DNA from: Octopus sinensis
Lineage: Eukaryota
Assembly (NCBI RefSeq): GCF_006345805.1
Contig: NW_021833040.1
Location: forward strand, 1 to 64,000
DNA: 64,000 nucleotides
Direction: 5' to 3'
The position numbers and the translations under genes were made by a program. Shown piece after piece: positions 63,723-64,000 of the stretch. The notes under the pieces were generated by a model. That model saw only the letters and a program-made list of their open reading frames with translations, did not search any database and was not told the DNA's origin. How positions within the stretch are numbered: the first letter of the stretch is position 1; every line of letters starts with the position of its first letter.

Positions 63723-64000
63723 TTCGATGAAAACTCGTGGCATATTTTGCTGATAATGGGAAGTGACACACATGACCAGAGCCAGTAGGCTAAAATAACA
63801 TTTGTTTATTGGTCATCCTCAAAGAACCCTGTGTAGAATTTTTGCAGTTCCAAGCAATGCTGAATTTTGTACGTGTTCTATCTTTACATATGCACCTATC
63901 TTTTTGAGTCATGTTGATAGTTGAATGCTGATGCATCCAAATCCGCCAGTTACAATTCGTATCACTCACTTCATTGAACACAACCTTTGTATTTCCCACT

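Overview
AT-rich eukaryotic genomic DNA, dense in microsatellites and transposons. The SINE families and repeat landscape point to a coleoid cephalopod (Octopus-like); this is inferred from recognition, not a database search. No host protein-coding gene can be identified with confidence, and nearly all ORFs in the supplied track are read-throughs of microsatellites or SINEs. The window holds about 35 tRNA-derived SINE copies from four modular families (labelled A-D here). It also holds decayed autonomous elements (mariner, maT/DD37D-like, R4/Dong LINE, RTE-BovB LINE, probable L1/Tx1 5' end), two non-autonomous Helitrons, one Helentron-type HINE, several foldback/MITE elements and long simple repeats. 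Best leads: (1) dispersed minimal type-I hammerhead-ribozyme-like motifs, two of them in short related (TA)n-anchored, Penelope-like elements; (2) a SINE whose middle is replaced by an antisense 28S rRNA fragment; (3) a SINE family with the same tail-to-internal junction at three loci; (4) two unrelated foldback elements with GG(G)...CC(C) ends and 6-bp palindromic AT flanks; (5) a 390-codon poly-Asp frame built from a 30-bp higher-order repeat.
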